Below, in pieces: positions 13,269-26,336 of a DNA stretch of 64,000 nucleotides; position 1 is the stretch's first letter; every line of letters starts with the position of its first letter. A program made the translations under genes and the position numbers. The stretch comes from Octopus sinensis (Eukaryota), in contig NW_021831991.1 in the NCBI RefSeq assembly GCF_006345805.1, forward strand, positions 1 to 64,000, in the 5' to 3' direction. The notes under the pieces were generated by a model. It saw only the letters and a program-made list of their open reading frames with translations. It searched no databases and was not told the origin of the DNA.

Positions 13269-13270
13269 AT
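12331..13270 (+). mobile_element. 3' end of a REL-LINE with (TAA)/(TGA)n tail
   Basis: ESLIIAAQDQALATN, YKRRHD, WYEH, HRRPDIVI...IIDVAIP and LQKAALLGTAHILRKVL, then a (TAA)(TGA)n tail. Confidence 0.8.
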
Positions 13271-13805
13271 GATGCAATACCAGGCAGTGACTCACGTGGC
13301 TTTTGATCTTAACTGATTGGAAGCCCTTATCATGGATATGTGTATTAGTATAAAAGATGGGCTACGGCAAATAATCTGCACAATACCACAGATTTGCTTG
13401 TCAGTTGCTTGACTTAACCAGTTGACCATGTCCCTTAGTGGCTGACGATATGTGCATCTCTGATCACGAGCAGAAGTAGTGGGGGAGCATCATAGCCGTG
13501 TGTTGAAAGGAATTCTTAGAGGTTTGAATAATTCACCTCTGAGTGTTTCGTTCAAAAGCCTTAAACAATTCTTACTCAAGGACGTTTTGAGCGGGATGGG
13601 CTACTCGACATGAAGAAAATTCTAACTGGGCCCAACCTGCAAGGTCATGCGCTATTTACCTTCATATGAGGTCACCATGTCGCGCACATATGGTTGTGAT
13701 GCATGTACCTGGTATACCCCTATCAGACAGGTAGTTATGACGGGCTTTGTATATTTTTCACCAGTGTCACTTTGATGGCGTGCACAGCTCTCGCATTAAA
13801 ATAAT
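13271..13805 (+). mobile_element. (TAA)-type SINE-like element, copy 3 (longest; includes 5' head)
   Basis: The head gatgcaataccaggcagtgactc...ttgatcttaactgattggaag precedes the body shared with copies 1 and 2. A head fragment (ccttgatgcaagaccaggcagtg) also occurs at 11987-12010. Confidence 0.7.
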
Positions 13806-13966
13806 TATGGTAACAATCTATTACTATTGCCATGAGCAAGGAGAGGTAAATCCAGGAATGACTCAAAATCTCTAGGCTAAAAGTAGAGACGAAATAGCTG
13901 ATTCTAACTGTACAGCGTCACTATCTATCTATAACTAACAAAATAAAACGGTAATAAGATATAAGA

Positions 13967-14944
13967 CTAGTAGTATAACCCGGCGTTGCCCGGGATTAAG
14001 TTACGATTATTAAGCTAATCAAGTTCTTTATTTCAAACCAAACTAAGTAATATCGACGTCAAATTTGGGCGAAATCCGTTGAAATTGGTAGGGTTATTTA
14101 AGGAAATACAGATAACTTCTGTTATTTGCTTGAAGGCTCTGCTGTCAGGTGTTTGTAATGTTCATGAGATATTTGAAAGGCAGTGCTGATATGTTAAATA
14201 AATGTATTCTCAACAAAACAATTTTTTTACTCGGCGTAAAATAAAAACAAAACTCTTTCGCACTCAAAGTAATATATATGTGAGAGAGAGGGGGGAGAAA
14301 GATGAACGATTTAAAATAAATAGATGATCTAAAATAAATATATTGTAATTGTTGTGTGAGAAAGTATATATACTCTGATTGAAAAATATAGCGTCTTTCA
14401 AAAACATCCTAAATTTGAACACTATATCTCGTATTTAAAAAAAAAAACATTTTACATTTTATTTTTTATGAAAGCTGTGACTTACTCGCCCTCCCCCTCT
14501 CTCTCTCACTTTGTCTTTACCTTTTTTTAGAACGCTGTCAAATTATCTCCCACTTTTCCTTACATATACTTTTCTTTACTATTTTTGTTAGCCGTTGCGA
14601 AACACTCTCTCTCCCTCACAAACACACACATACATCAACACACAACTTCTCTCTCTCCCTCACACACACACACTTTCGCTTGGTTATGGCTAGAAGGGAC
14701 TTAACCCATGTTAGCAACCTTCAAAATAGGTAAAAGCTATGGCTGAAAATAGATTTTTACCTGTATCCGCGGGAGCCTCGTGAAAAAAAAAAGTTCACAA
14801 AACCCAGGTAGGATGTTGATGAATGTCCTCCTGAAATTGGAGCTACATGCGTGCTAATTTGTGGACGGGCATAAATTACAATCACGCACACACGCACACA
14901 AACACACACACACACACACACATCCTGCTTTATATATATACAGA
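13967..14944 (-). mobile_element. Non-autonomous Helitron (related family, about 980 bp)
   Basis: + strand a|ctagtagtataacccggcgttgcccggg ... ctgctttatatatatacaga|t, i.e. TC start, terminal hairpin, CTAG end and insertion at an AT dinucleotide with no TSD. Confidence 0.8.
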
Positions 14945-15149
14945 TGGTTATCATCAAGTGCACAATATGCATTTGTAGAAGAAGATAGTTGACATCTTTG
15001 CCAAACCCAGGTGTATACATGGATAGAAACTTGTTGACAGTATGTCCACTGGAAAATATGGCAAACTTTTCAGCGTGAAAACGAACGAAAAATGCTAAAA
15101 TATGTACGAATCCCGTACGAGACACTCCACCCCGAATTAATAAATGGAT

Positions 15150-15380
15150 CAAGAATAACAGTTCTGATACAATAATGTGGAAAAAATACCTGCTACCTGA
15201 TGAACATTGTTATCCCATCTAACAAAAACATGGGTCAAAAAGAAATGGAGAAACTGTCAACATATAAGAGACTTGATAATGAAATACACAAAATATTGGC
15301 AATAAAATAACAAACTTCGGATAACAACTTCAGTATTAGGTATGATAAAAATATGAACAGAAATATACAGGCCGTACTAT
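15150..15380 (+). mobile_element. Highly decayed REL-LINE 3' fragment
   Basis: Weak translation ...VIPSNKNMGQKEMEKLSTYK... resembling the endonuclease region. Confidence 0.4.
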
Positions 15381-15892
15381 AGCTCATATTACTGCACTCA
15401 TTTCAAACAGTTCCTCCACTAGAAGTAACCAATATTCTACCCAAGCCACTTTCGGTTCAGTAACAAATTAAAATTGCTTAAAACAATTCAAAGGTGCAAG
15501 ATCAATATGCAATAATCTAACCCAAAACGCACTCCAACAAAACCGATAGCCGGCACTCTAATACAAACAACAAGAAAAGAATCACATTCTACACACCTGA
15601 AACTCATTAATGCTATATGAATCACACATCACATTCTTATACTAAATAACCGTCTCGCACTAATCAACCAACACTTACGAAACATATTCCAAACACAGCA
15701 AAATAAATGAACTGACACAGCACGTATTCTGCATAACAGAAGAAACAGTAAAATAGCACCGGGATTAACAAATATAAAACCTATTTAAAAAGTAAGCTGA
15801 TACAAAGACAGGTCCACGTCCTAAAAGGACACTACCTTCAGGTACACCAATAGCACCTGGTGCTATAGTTGAAAATATATTGAAATAAAGTA

Positions 15893-15903
15893 TGCTGCTG
15901 CAG

Positions 15904-15955
<52 letters not shown>

Positions 15956-16140
15956 CTGCTACAGCTGTTGCTGCTGCTGCTGCTATTACAACTACTATTG
16001 TAACTATTATTTCTGTTGCTGCTGCTACTGCTGCTAATACTATCACTGCCACCACCACTGCTACAGCTGATAATGATGATGATGAAAATGACGAAAACGA
16101 TGATTAAGGTAAAAACGATGATTATGATGACGGTGACAAT
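15893..16140. repeat. Compound trinucleotide repeat (CTA/CTG/GAT)
   Basis: Direct reading. Confidence 0.9.
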
Positions 16141-16404
16141 AAAACATATAACATTTAATAGATGGCCAGAAATATACATGGATTGTTGATTAGGTTCCAG
16201 TTCGTGACTGGTAACATAATTTATTGACATTGAAGAATCAAAAGCAATGACAAAATCGATGGAATTTGAACTTAGAATAGAAAAAAGCTGAAATAAATAC
16301 GGTGGAGTAATTCTGCTAATCCGCTGTTAAGTTTAGGAAGTCATATTATAGATACACAAAATCAATTTTTAAAACATGTCTAAACGAGGTATTAGGCATT
16401 AATA

Positions 16405-17639
16405 CGAGTGGCTTTCAATAAGCAATGCCTTTGACCCACTTGCAGTTGTTTGATCTAGCATGTGCACTTATTTATACCTCTATAGATTAAGTGGCGAATT
16501 ACAGCTCTGAACTAATTGTGGTTTCCGATTTATAGGTATTTGAACTGAGTCAAGTGTGAAATGGAGCCTGTTGAGTGTCGAGCAGTGATCTGGTTTTTGT
16601 ATTTGAAAGGACGCACACCACGGGAGACTTTTGATGAAATGAAAGTAACTTATGGTGATGATGCCCCATCATATGACCTTGTAAAACGCTGGCATTGTGA
16701 ATTTAAACATAGTCGGAACTCTGTGGAAACAGCTCCCAGATCTGGTCGCCCCCTTCTGCCGTTGATGAGACGTCTGTCCGTCAAGTTGTGGCTGCCATTT
16801 TGGAAGGTCAACGCATAACTATTCGCCAAATAGCCCATAAGGTCAAGATTAGTACCGGGTCTGTGGAAACTATCATTCATGACCATTTGCATATGCAAAA
16901 GGTGTCTGCCAGATGGATTTCCAGGTTGCTCACACCTTTCCAGAAGCAAGAACGCGTTGAGTGCTCGAGGATGAATTTGGAGATGTGCCAAGAAGATGAG
17001 TCAAAATTTTTCAAAAGACTGATCACACAGGATAAAACCTGGGTCCATCACTATGATCCATAGACCAAAGCCCAGTCAATGCAGTGAAAGCACCGTGACT
17101 CACCTCCTCCAAAGTAGGCAAGGGTGCAGCGCTCCGCTGACAAGGTTATGCTCACAGTGATGACAGATTTCCTGGCAAAGGGTACCACAATTACAGGAGC
17201 CTATTATGCTTCACTTTTGAGGAAATTAAGAGAAGCTATGAAAATCAAGAGGCGGGGCAAGATCAGCAAAGGCATCCTCCTCCTGCAGGACAACGCTCCA
17301 GTCCACAACTCGCGTGTCGCCAGATCAGAAGCACAGGCGTGCAGCTATGAACTCCTCTCCTTGCACCCTCTGATTTTCACCTCTTCCCAGCCATGAAGTT
17401 GATTTTGAAAGGAAAGCGTTTCCCAGATGATGCAGCCTTGATTTCTGAAGTCACGTCGTGGTTGGAGGACCAAGCTGGGGTCTTCTACAAAAACGGTCTC
17501 CAGAGCTGTATCAAACGATGGGAGAAATGCATAACTCTGGGTAGGTCCTATGTAGGAAAAGACTAATAACTGTGCCAAGTGTCGTTGCTCTACTGCTATG
17601 GGAAGTGGGTCAGGGGCATTACTTATTGAACGCCCCTCG
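16405..17639 (+). mobile_element. Mariner DNA transposon, full length, inactive (TIR resembles the irritans/Hsmar2 type)
   Basis: TA|cgagtggctttcaataagcaatgcctttgacccactt ... aagtgggtcaggggcattacttattgaacgcccctcg|TA gives an imperfect TIR of about 38 bp and a TA TSD. Subfamily assignment is tentative. Confidence 0.92.
16561..17566 (+). pseudogene. Mariner transposase pseudogene
   Basis: MEPVECRAVIWFLYLKG...RSGRP; ITQDKTWVHHYDP*; LLQDNAPVH; LAPSDFHLFP with the upstream YSPD region deleted. Frameshifts and stops present. Confidence 0.9.
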
Positions 17640-18381
17640 TACACTAGCTATCTCTCCATTGCACGCTAAATGATTTTACTAAACTAGACACAAAAACGAA
17701 AATATTGACCGCTTTTAGAATACATTACTCTAAATCTAATACATAAATATTGTATTTATTACGAATACAGGGTATTGGAGGCTTTATGCAATTAAAAATT
17801 ATCATGAAATATCAATAGCTGTATCTCAAAAGATGGAGTGAAACATAATGAAAATTTGATAGGAATAACTGCGAAGCGCAAAGAAAACAATTTTTTTTTT
17901 CAGGGAAAGAAAATGCATAAAACAAGCTGAAATGGCAGACGGATATGAATAAAAATTGGAAATAACAGAAATTGTGAAAAGACTAAAACCTTGACTAAAT
18001 GTGTATTTGCAGAATATCATCATAAGGTGATGGCATAAGTCCTTACTATGCCAACCTAAGAAAAAACTGAACTAAGTGTAAGTAGACACGCAAGTCTCAA
18101 ACAATGTTCGTGAAGTGAAAAACTCAAATTTAGGTTTTAATATTCACTCAAAAATCAAAGACTGTTCACCAGATTTCTCCAAAAGAATAATAAAGCCAAA
18201 AAGAATACCTGCATTCTTTGTGAAAATGGAAAATAAAGTTAAGGACATTGATAATAATGATAATAATTGTTCCAAAAATAAGTATACTGTTACAACCCTT
18301 TTTTTTCATCGAAGACACATGATTACACTGTTCATTTTCCACATAAGATGAAGCATTCAAGATGTTCCACGTGTGTGTGTT

Positions 18382-18425
<44 letters not shown>

Positions 18426-19690
18426 CACACAGTCGCGCCAGTGTGTGCGTATGTGTGCGTGTGTGTGCGTATGTATGCGTGTGTGTGCGTATGTGTGCGT
18501 GTGTGATATACCTTAGAATACCTGTTAGGTTTAGTGATACTAATAAAGTGTTTTCTTTGTGCAATAAATAGTAGTCGAGTTTCCCTCAAATCATAATCTG
18601 TAGTTGACGTGCAAAAACAAGAAAGAAAAAAGTTTGTCATTGCACATTTTATCATAAGTCTGTTCGACTACGGATGATGTAGGATATGAATAACCACAGC
18701 TGTAACAGCAACAAGGAAATAATTTTACAATGAAAGCCGCGTAATATTACTTACAATTTTGAATAAGAAAGAAATAACTGACAAAAATACGCATATGTGA
18801 AAAGAAACGTAGATTTAAAGCAGTCTATAGAAGTTTGTATTTAAATATAAAAACCTTTGCCCGTTTTTCTTTTAGTTTATTTTAATATAGACTTATATCA
18901 TAAAACAGAATATTCAATGAAGATCTGTTCGTTGTTTGAACTTTAGAACGTCGATAGTATACACGATCACACGTGCACGCACACTCGCCCGCGCGCACAC
19001 ACACACACACACACACAACACACAATACACACATTTTATTATTATCCATTGATCTTATCCAACCTAGCCCTCACACACCGTCCTTTTCTAAAACGCTAGC
19101 TCTTACATGCTATTCTTTTCTGAGATAGTCTCTTAAAGTTTATTAATAAACACTCTCTGAAGTCGTGCCTGGACATATTTAGATTACACCTGCTCCCGCT
19201 ATTCACCTCTCTCACATGAACAGCAACAATAAAGACCTCCAGGAAATTACATTTCACATTCATTTCAAAATGAATGTGAAATGAATACATTTCACATTCT
19301 ACTGCTACTTGATCTTCTCCAAACACCAAACAGCTCTTAACCCCTACTATACTTAGTACATAAATCTCACTTGAGTGCTCTCTGAAGTCATTGAACTAGG
19401 TCACATCTGTGGTTGTCGGTGCAGAAGCCAAATTCATTACATCATTACATCAACTCATTACATCAACTTGTTTCATCTGCTGATCTGTTTGTTAGCTACC
19501 AAACCAATATTTACTAGATCACAACGGTCTCCGAACAGAGCCTGCTCAAATCTGTCCAACACAGAAGAAGATATATATATAACTTAAAATACAAAATGGG
19601 ACAAGAACGCAAAACATCCGCACAACTAGATGATACAAAAAGGGACAACAAAACATCCACATAGACGATATCCATACACACACATAGGGT

Positions 19691-19850
19691 CAGGTACGGC
19701 AGTGTGGTAGGACGATTGCTACCCAACCACATGGCTCCGGTTTCAGTCCCACAGCGGGCACCTTGGGCAAGGGTTTTCTACTATAACCTCTGGCCGACCA
19801 AGGCTTTGCGAGCGGATTTGCTGGACGGAAACTAAAAGAAGCCCGTTGTT

Positions 19851-19881
<31 letters not shown>

Positions 19882-20134
19882 TGTGTGTGTGTTGTGTGTG
19901 TGTGTGTGTGTGCGTGTGTATGTTTATTTGTTTGTGTTTCTCCTCCCACCATCGCTTGGCAGCCAATGCTGGTGTGTTTATGTCCCCGTCACTTAGCGTT
20001 TCGGCAAAAGAGGCAGATAAAATAAGTACTAGGCTCACAAAGAATAAGTCCTGGGGTAGATTTCTTCGACCTTTTAAGACGGTGCTGCAGCATGCTCGCA
20101 ATCAAATTACTGAAGCATTTAAAAGAAGAAAAGA

Positions 20135-20135
<1 letters not shown>
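19691..20135 (+). mobile_element. tRNA-derived SINE family A
   Basis: caggtacggcagtgtggtag...ggctccggtttcagtcccac...ccttgggcaag, then a TA/TG spacer and the family tail. Confidence 0.8.
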
Positions 20136-20207
<72 letters not shown>

Positions 20208-20269
20208 TAATACAGCTCTCAACACCACCTGTCTTCGTCTTTTATTGTCATTTGTGAATTCACCGTATA

Positions 20270-20324
<55 letters not shown>

Positions 20325-20613
20325 GTATATATATATATATATTATATATATATATATATATATTATATATATGCATATAATTATACATATATATACATAA
20401 ATATGTACACACACATATATATATATATACATATATATATACACATATATATATGCAATTATATATATAATGCATACATATGTATATATATATATACATA
20501 TATATAGATACATACATATATATGCATTATAAATATATATATATATATATATAATGTATATATATGTGCATATATATATATATATACGTATATATATTTA
20601 TACCCAATATACC

Positions 20614-20657
<44 letters not shown>

Positions 20658-20911
20658 GTATATATATGTGTATATATATATACATATATATATTTATACC
20701 CAATATACCCACAGTTATATATATATATATATGTATACGTATAATTGCAGCGTGGAAGGTGTTTATAACCCATTTAAATGCATACAAAAACCGTTAGATT
20801 CACTTCAACATTTAAATTTAATTTGCCAAAATATTTTAGTTGCTTTGAGACCGTGACCTGTTCACTGACAAAATTCCGTGCTGCATCTGAGAAAGTAACA
20901 GTCAGTTTATG

Positions 20912-20946
<35 letters not shown>

Positions 20947-21454
20947 TGTATGTATGTATGTATGTATGTATGTGTATGTATGTGTGTGTAAATGTGCGTA
21001 TGTATATATGTACATGGTTATGCATGTGTGCATGCCTATACGCATGTATGTATGCATGTAAGTATGTATTATGTATTTATGCATTTACATGAATATTTAG
21101 GTAAATGTGTGTGTGTATACATGTCTATCTATATGTGAACGTATGTTTATGTACTGATATGTTCCTATTCAAGTTGTATACATGATTGTTACTTTGTTGA
21201 AGGTTGTATACACACACATATACATACATATGCATATACATATGTATAGACACACACACATCTATATGTGTGTGTGTGTGTGTGTGTGCGTTTGTCCCTC
21301 TCACCACCATATAACGGTAAATGGATATAACATCTTAGATACATATAAGCACATATAACCTTACTTATACATATATACAAGTACACACAATCATATATAC
21401 ACATCTCTGTAATATATATCTCCGTAATATATATAAATTATAAATATATTTATA

Positions 21455-21522
<68 letters not shown>

Positions 21523-21528
21523 TATACA

Positions 21529-21564
<36 letters not shown>

Positions 21565-21576
21565 CATGTATATATG

Positions 21577-21612
<36 letters not shown>

Positions 21613-21615
21613 AAT
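20136..21615. repeat. About 1.5-kb field of TA/TATG/CA microsatellites, including a tandem unit of about 95 bp (tatacccaatatacccaca x2)
   Basis: Direct reading. Confidence 0.9.
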
Positions 21616-22210
21616 GTATACGTGCTAACCTAGTGAATGTTTTAGAAATAGATGTTAAATGCTGTTTTCAACTGAAGATAGCAAAGCATGTTCGTCATGC
21701 AAAGCGGGAAATCAATTAATATTGAAACATGTATTACTTATCCATGTATTCTAAGCAAGGGTAAGCCTATTTTTGAAATATTTATTGCATTGCTAGTGTG
21801 TATCTTTATTGTAACTTTTATGGTGATTTTTGGAGCATTGGCTCTGATTTTAGCAAGTGGTATTATAAACCCTAACTAATCTTAAGTTACTATATATATA
21901 TGCATGTATATATATATATATATATATATGTATGTTTGTATATATACACATATGTATGTCACAACCTAGGACCTTGAAGACTGCTTTAATGCAAGAAAGT
22001 ATACTAGTCCCATAATATTTGATATTCAATATTTCATCTCTTCAGTAAGACAATCTATACTTCATTCCATTCTACTATATATACTATTTATACTATATAT
22101 TCTATATTCTACATTAATATTATAAAGAATATAAATAAACATAAAAAACAGAGTTGGAATTCCTTTGAATAATATATATCCCTCTATACACAATCATACA
22201 AACCCCATTT

Positions 22211-22241
<31 letters not shown>

Positions 22242-22914
22242 GATAGATATATAGATATATAGATATATAGATATATATATATATACATACATATATATCT
22301 CAGACATGCTTTATCCTATACTATCAAGTTGGCCTCATAAAAGTGAAGGAGAAGAGTGGAGGAAATAGCGTATGATCTTGTAATGAGCATTTTAAAATCT
22401 GTTTCAACTTCAAGCGGTTCAGAAGTCGATAAACTTTCTTTTATGCCTCCAGTTATATATAATATGGTAAAACGTACACGCTCTGTCTAGATAATTCATT
22501 TATCGTACGAGAAATATTACACATTTTTTAATATTTTCAATAAGTTCTTAGTTTTATTACTTTGAAGATGCCCCCTACACTATATGACCTGAAATTATGT
22601 ATATAACATATATTGTGTCATCTTTCTTTTAAAATTATTTTACTTATACCTATAGTAAATGTGTTCGTTTCCAAGAAAGATACAACCTCAATCTCTGGAA
22701 TTTACCGAACAAGATTGATGAAGAAAAAATCTGGCAAACTTTTTAATATTCCATTTACAGAAAATGCAACTTAGCTCGCAACTTTATTCAAATCTGAAAA
22801 ACCGAAGTGTTTCGAGATTGCTGTTTCAATATTTATTAGCAGAGCTACATGCACCAAAAATTTCGAGCATAAATTTTTACATATTACTCTAGATAAAACT
22901 GAAGGATTCGTTTA

Positions 22915-23700
22915 TGTACGTATGTATGTATGTATGTATGTATGTATGTATGTATGTATGTATGTATGTATACATGAATGTGTTTATGCATGTATGTATG
23001 AAATAACCACTTAGTTATTTTTAAAACATCTGACTAGGAGTAAGACACTTCGATATAAAACTTAAGGATTGTTCTGGTCTGGTTGACCTATCCACCGCTA
23101 AGCCAGCGAGAGAATATCTGTTGTATATGAAAAGTGAATCCAGTTCCGGGCTCATTTCACTCACTATAATGAATTTGACGAACAGGTTGTTCTTGGATAA
23201 TACATTATAGAAAGAAACATGTAAGATTTTAAGAGGCTGGCTCACACGATAGAGTTTAACTTCGAACATGTAAGTCATATGTGTATGTATGTATGTATGT
23301 ATGTATGTATGTATGTATGTATGTATGTATGTATGTATGTATGAATATATATGTATGTATGTATGTGCGTGCGTGTGTGTCTGTGTGAGTGTATGCGTAT
23401 ACGTATGTATATATGCATGTGTCTACAAACGTTTATATATGTGTGCAGGTGTGCTTCTGCGGGTAAGTGTTTCCTTCTCTCTCTGTATATAATTGTTTAA
23501 ATATTTGAATGTTTGTATGTATGAATGTATGTATGTATGTATGTATGTATGTATGTATGTATGTATGTATGTATGTATGTATGTATGTATGTATGTATAG
23601 ATTGATGGATAGATGGATGGATATATGTATGTATGTAAATGGACGCATATATATATTTATATATATATGTGTGTGTGTGTGTGCATGAATGTATGTATTT
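22915..23700. repeat. (TATG)n and (TG)n arrays
   Basis: Three (TATG)n blocks near 22920, 23285 and 23525. Confidence 0.85.
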
Positions 23701-25092
23701 TCTTAACAAGTGTAAAAAATGGAATACACTGATTTCATATCAATAATTATAGTTAATAATGAGTCTCATACCTTTCAATGTATATATAACCTGATCAAAT
23801 AAGTTCTATTATATCGAACAGTCAGTTATCTTCACTCTACAGCAATTATCTTCAATCTACAGCAATATTTAGACATTCATAGAAAAGGAATTCGTTATTA
23901 AACTTCCCGAGCAATATGTTGTATTGTTATGTATTTTAATGACAATATCATGTGCTCTCACAAATGGCATCTTAATATTTTCAAATCACCTTCACCATAC
24001 TGCAATTTTCCTATTAATTATACCAAAACTGTGAAACAAGGTTGATGCTGTTGCAGTTTTGTCTTCGGTATAGTAGTTACTTACCGTCTTTGTCATATAT
24101 AGGTGGTTATTTGAATGGATGAATTACAGAGTGGCTATGCATAAATGAATGTTTAGAGATAAGTTTATTTAAATAGATACTAATTCATTCCTTGTCATAC
24201 AGTAAGACCCTGGCATAACCATACCGTTATATGATACAGCAATGATTACATTATCCTATTTGCCCTTTCTATTTTTGTAAGGTGATTTGTGATTTGAGGG
24301 AGTTTCTATTCCTATTTCAAGCAATTTAATAGATATTATAGAAGTTATATTGTTTTATTTAATGTAAAATTTAGATGTGTGTCAAAGCCCTTTTAAAATA
24401 CTCAGGATAGATATATTATATGGTATAATCCACGATAGCAGATTGGTGTACATATTTGTAAATAATTTCCTGTCTGTAATAGGAAATTGTTTTTCTAAGG
24501 AGATTTCCATTACATAGAACTAAATTGAGCTGCAACTGCATGGAATACATTTCTCATGTGAACAAGAGTGACAATGCAAAAATATTCCAACAAACATAGA
24601 GCAATTTTACAATTCACTATACGAAGTTATTGCATGCAATCGTAAAAACTGCACCAGAGACATATATATCGACACTGTTGCATCAGTTGAAATTTATTTT
24701 TCTGTTCTACAAAGCAGAAAAAAACTACATGGACTTGAATGTAGCTTATAACCAGTTGGTTCGTCTGGGCCACGCTGCTTGATTCTAATATGTAAGGTCA
24801 AACAGTTTAGGTAGACTGTTTAGGCATTATCAAAAAACAAAAAAACAAAACAAAGGCTTTATTTTTAAGATTTTATTTTGAGTTCGTTTTGGCATTTGTT
24901 TAAGAAATGCTTGTTGCATCTGCGTTGTATAATACTTTGTGTGTACTTGCAGACACTATTCTTATCTTTATGTTATGCAATTTCGAACGATTTATGAAAC
25001 GCTCAGTACAAACACGACTTACAAAGAATTCATCATTTTCACAATTTGAGCGTTTTTGCTTTAAGTATTCAAATAAAATTAAACCATTTATT

Positions 25093-25866
25093 TATAGGAT
25101 AGTACGCAAACATGGAAAATTAAATTTGATACTTCTCTGTGTGCAAATGCTTAAATTTTGGAATTCTTCTTAATTAGGACGATTCTTTAATGACCTTGGG
25201 GTTTCTGTAAAGCCAAGAAAATCGAAACCTACTCTCTTCTGTGACCGACTCTCTTCTGTGACCTACAAGTTGACTCTTACTTAAGAGAGATTTAGTGAAA
25301 GCACTGTTGCCACCCTTAACATTATTGAAGCTTTCGTCTATATCTGTTATGCGAATCTCCTATTAAACATGCCTGCTTATGGAATCTACTTGCCTCGTCT
25401 CTTGTATTGTTAGCTTCCTATGAACTCATACTATCGTTGTGTGCATTGACGGAGTTATTTCTGACCTTATTCTATCAACCGGGTTCGGTTTAGTCCCCCT
25501 ACATTCTTTGTTTTATACGTCAATGAGTTACTTATCACTACATCCGTCAGCAGTCAGTGTGTTGTATATAGTATCATCTTATGTAGATGATACTATTCTA
25601 AATTCTTTTCCTAACGTTACTAAATTATGCAATCTAAACACATCAGACAACCTAAACATCTCAAGTTCAATTTTTTTCTGTTCAAAGGGATTTTAAACAC
25701 AATATTTATGTCGGTCACAGAAGAGAGTAGGTTTCGATTTTCTTGGCTTTACAGAAACCCCAAGGTCATTAAAGAATCGTCCTAATTAAGAAGAATTCCA
25801 AAATTTAAGCATTTGCACACAGAGAAATATCAAATTTAATTTTCCATGTTTGCGTACTATCCTATA
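25093..25866. repeat. Long inverted repeat: 157-bp arms (25093-25249 / 25710-25866), 460-bp spacer
   Basis: Arms are reverse complements with one mismatch by eye. Outer ends read TA|taggatagtacg ... cgtactatccta|TA. Confidence 0.9.
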
Positions 25867-26246
25867 GGTTTATCTCTTTCGAGATCCACCTCTCTAAATA
25901 GAGGAATTATTTCAAGTTCCCTCGGAGTTTATAGATTCCTATGACGTCAGCAACATACTATTCTCGCTGGTAAGAATAACATTTCTAAAATGGATAGAGA
26001 AATCTGAAAGATTGATTTGGTCCGACACGTTTTACAGGAGATGTGGGTTCGAGACCTGTGGGCAACATTCAGTTATTCTTTTCAGAGGGATTTTTAACGC
26101 AATATTTAAATGTTATTTTCTGCAACTCTATATGCTTCGTGATAAATTGTTTCAAAAGATTACGTTTTTCGAAGCTTATAATTCTTATGGTGTGAACAAT
26201 ATATTTATATGTGCACGTTCGCAATTTTTGTCTGTATGTGTGTATA

Positions 26247-26336
<90 letters not shown>

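Noticed and set aside
19000-19600. Possible APE-endonuclease LINE remnant (RSQIHYIITS...DH)
   Set aside because: Only a weak motif resemblance and no supporting RT.
19743-21404. Many ORFs rich in YI, HT, CV or MYVC (also at 23289-23709, 28119-28903, 52157-52418 and elsewhere)
   Set aside because: They are translations of TA, CA and TATG microsatellites, which lack stop codons by construction.
21688-21879. Hydrophobic 63-aa ORF resembling a transmembrane helix
   Set aside because: AT-rich DNA readily gives hydrophobic ORFs. No family motif or convincing exon partners.
22650-23230. Non-repetitive stretches with short peptide-like frames (FQYLLAELH; IQFRAHFTHY)
   Set aside because: Interrupted by stops, with no consistent splice phases or recognisable family.
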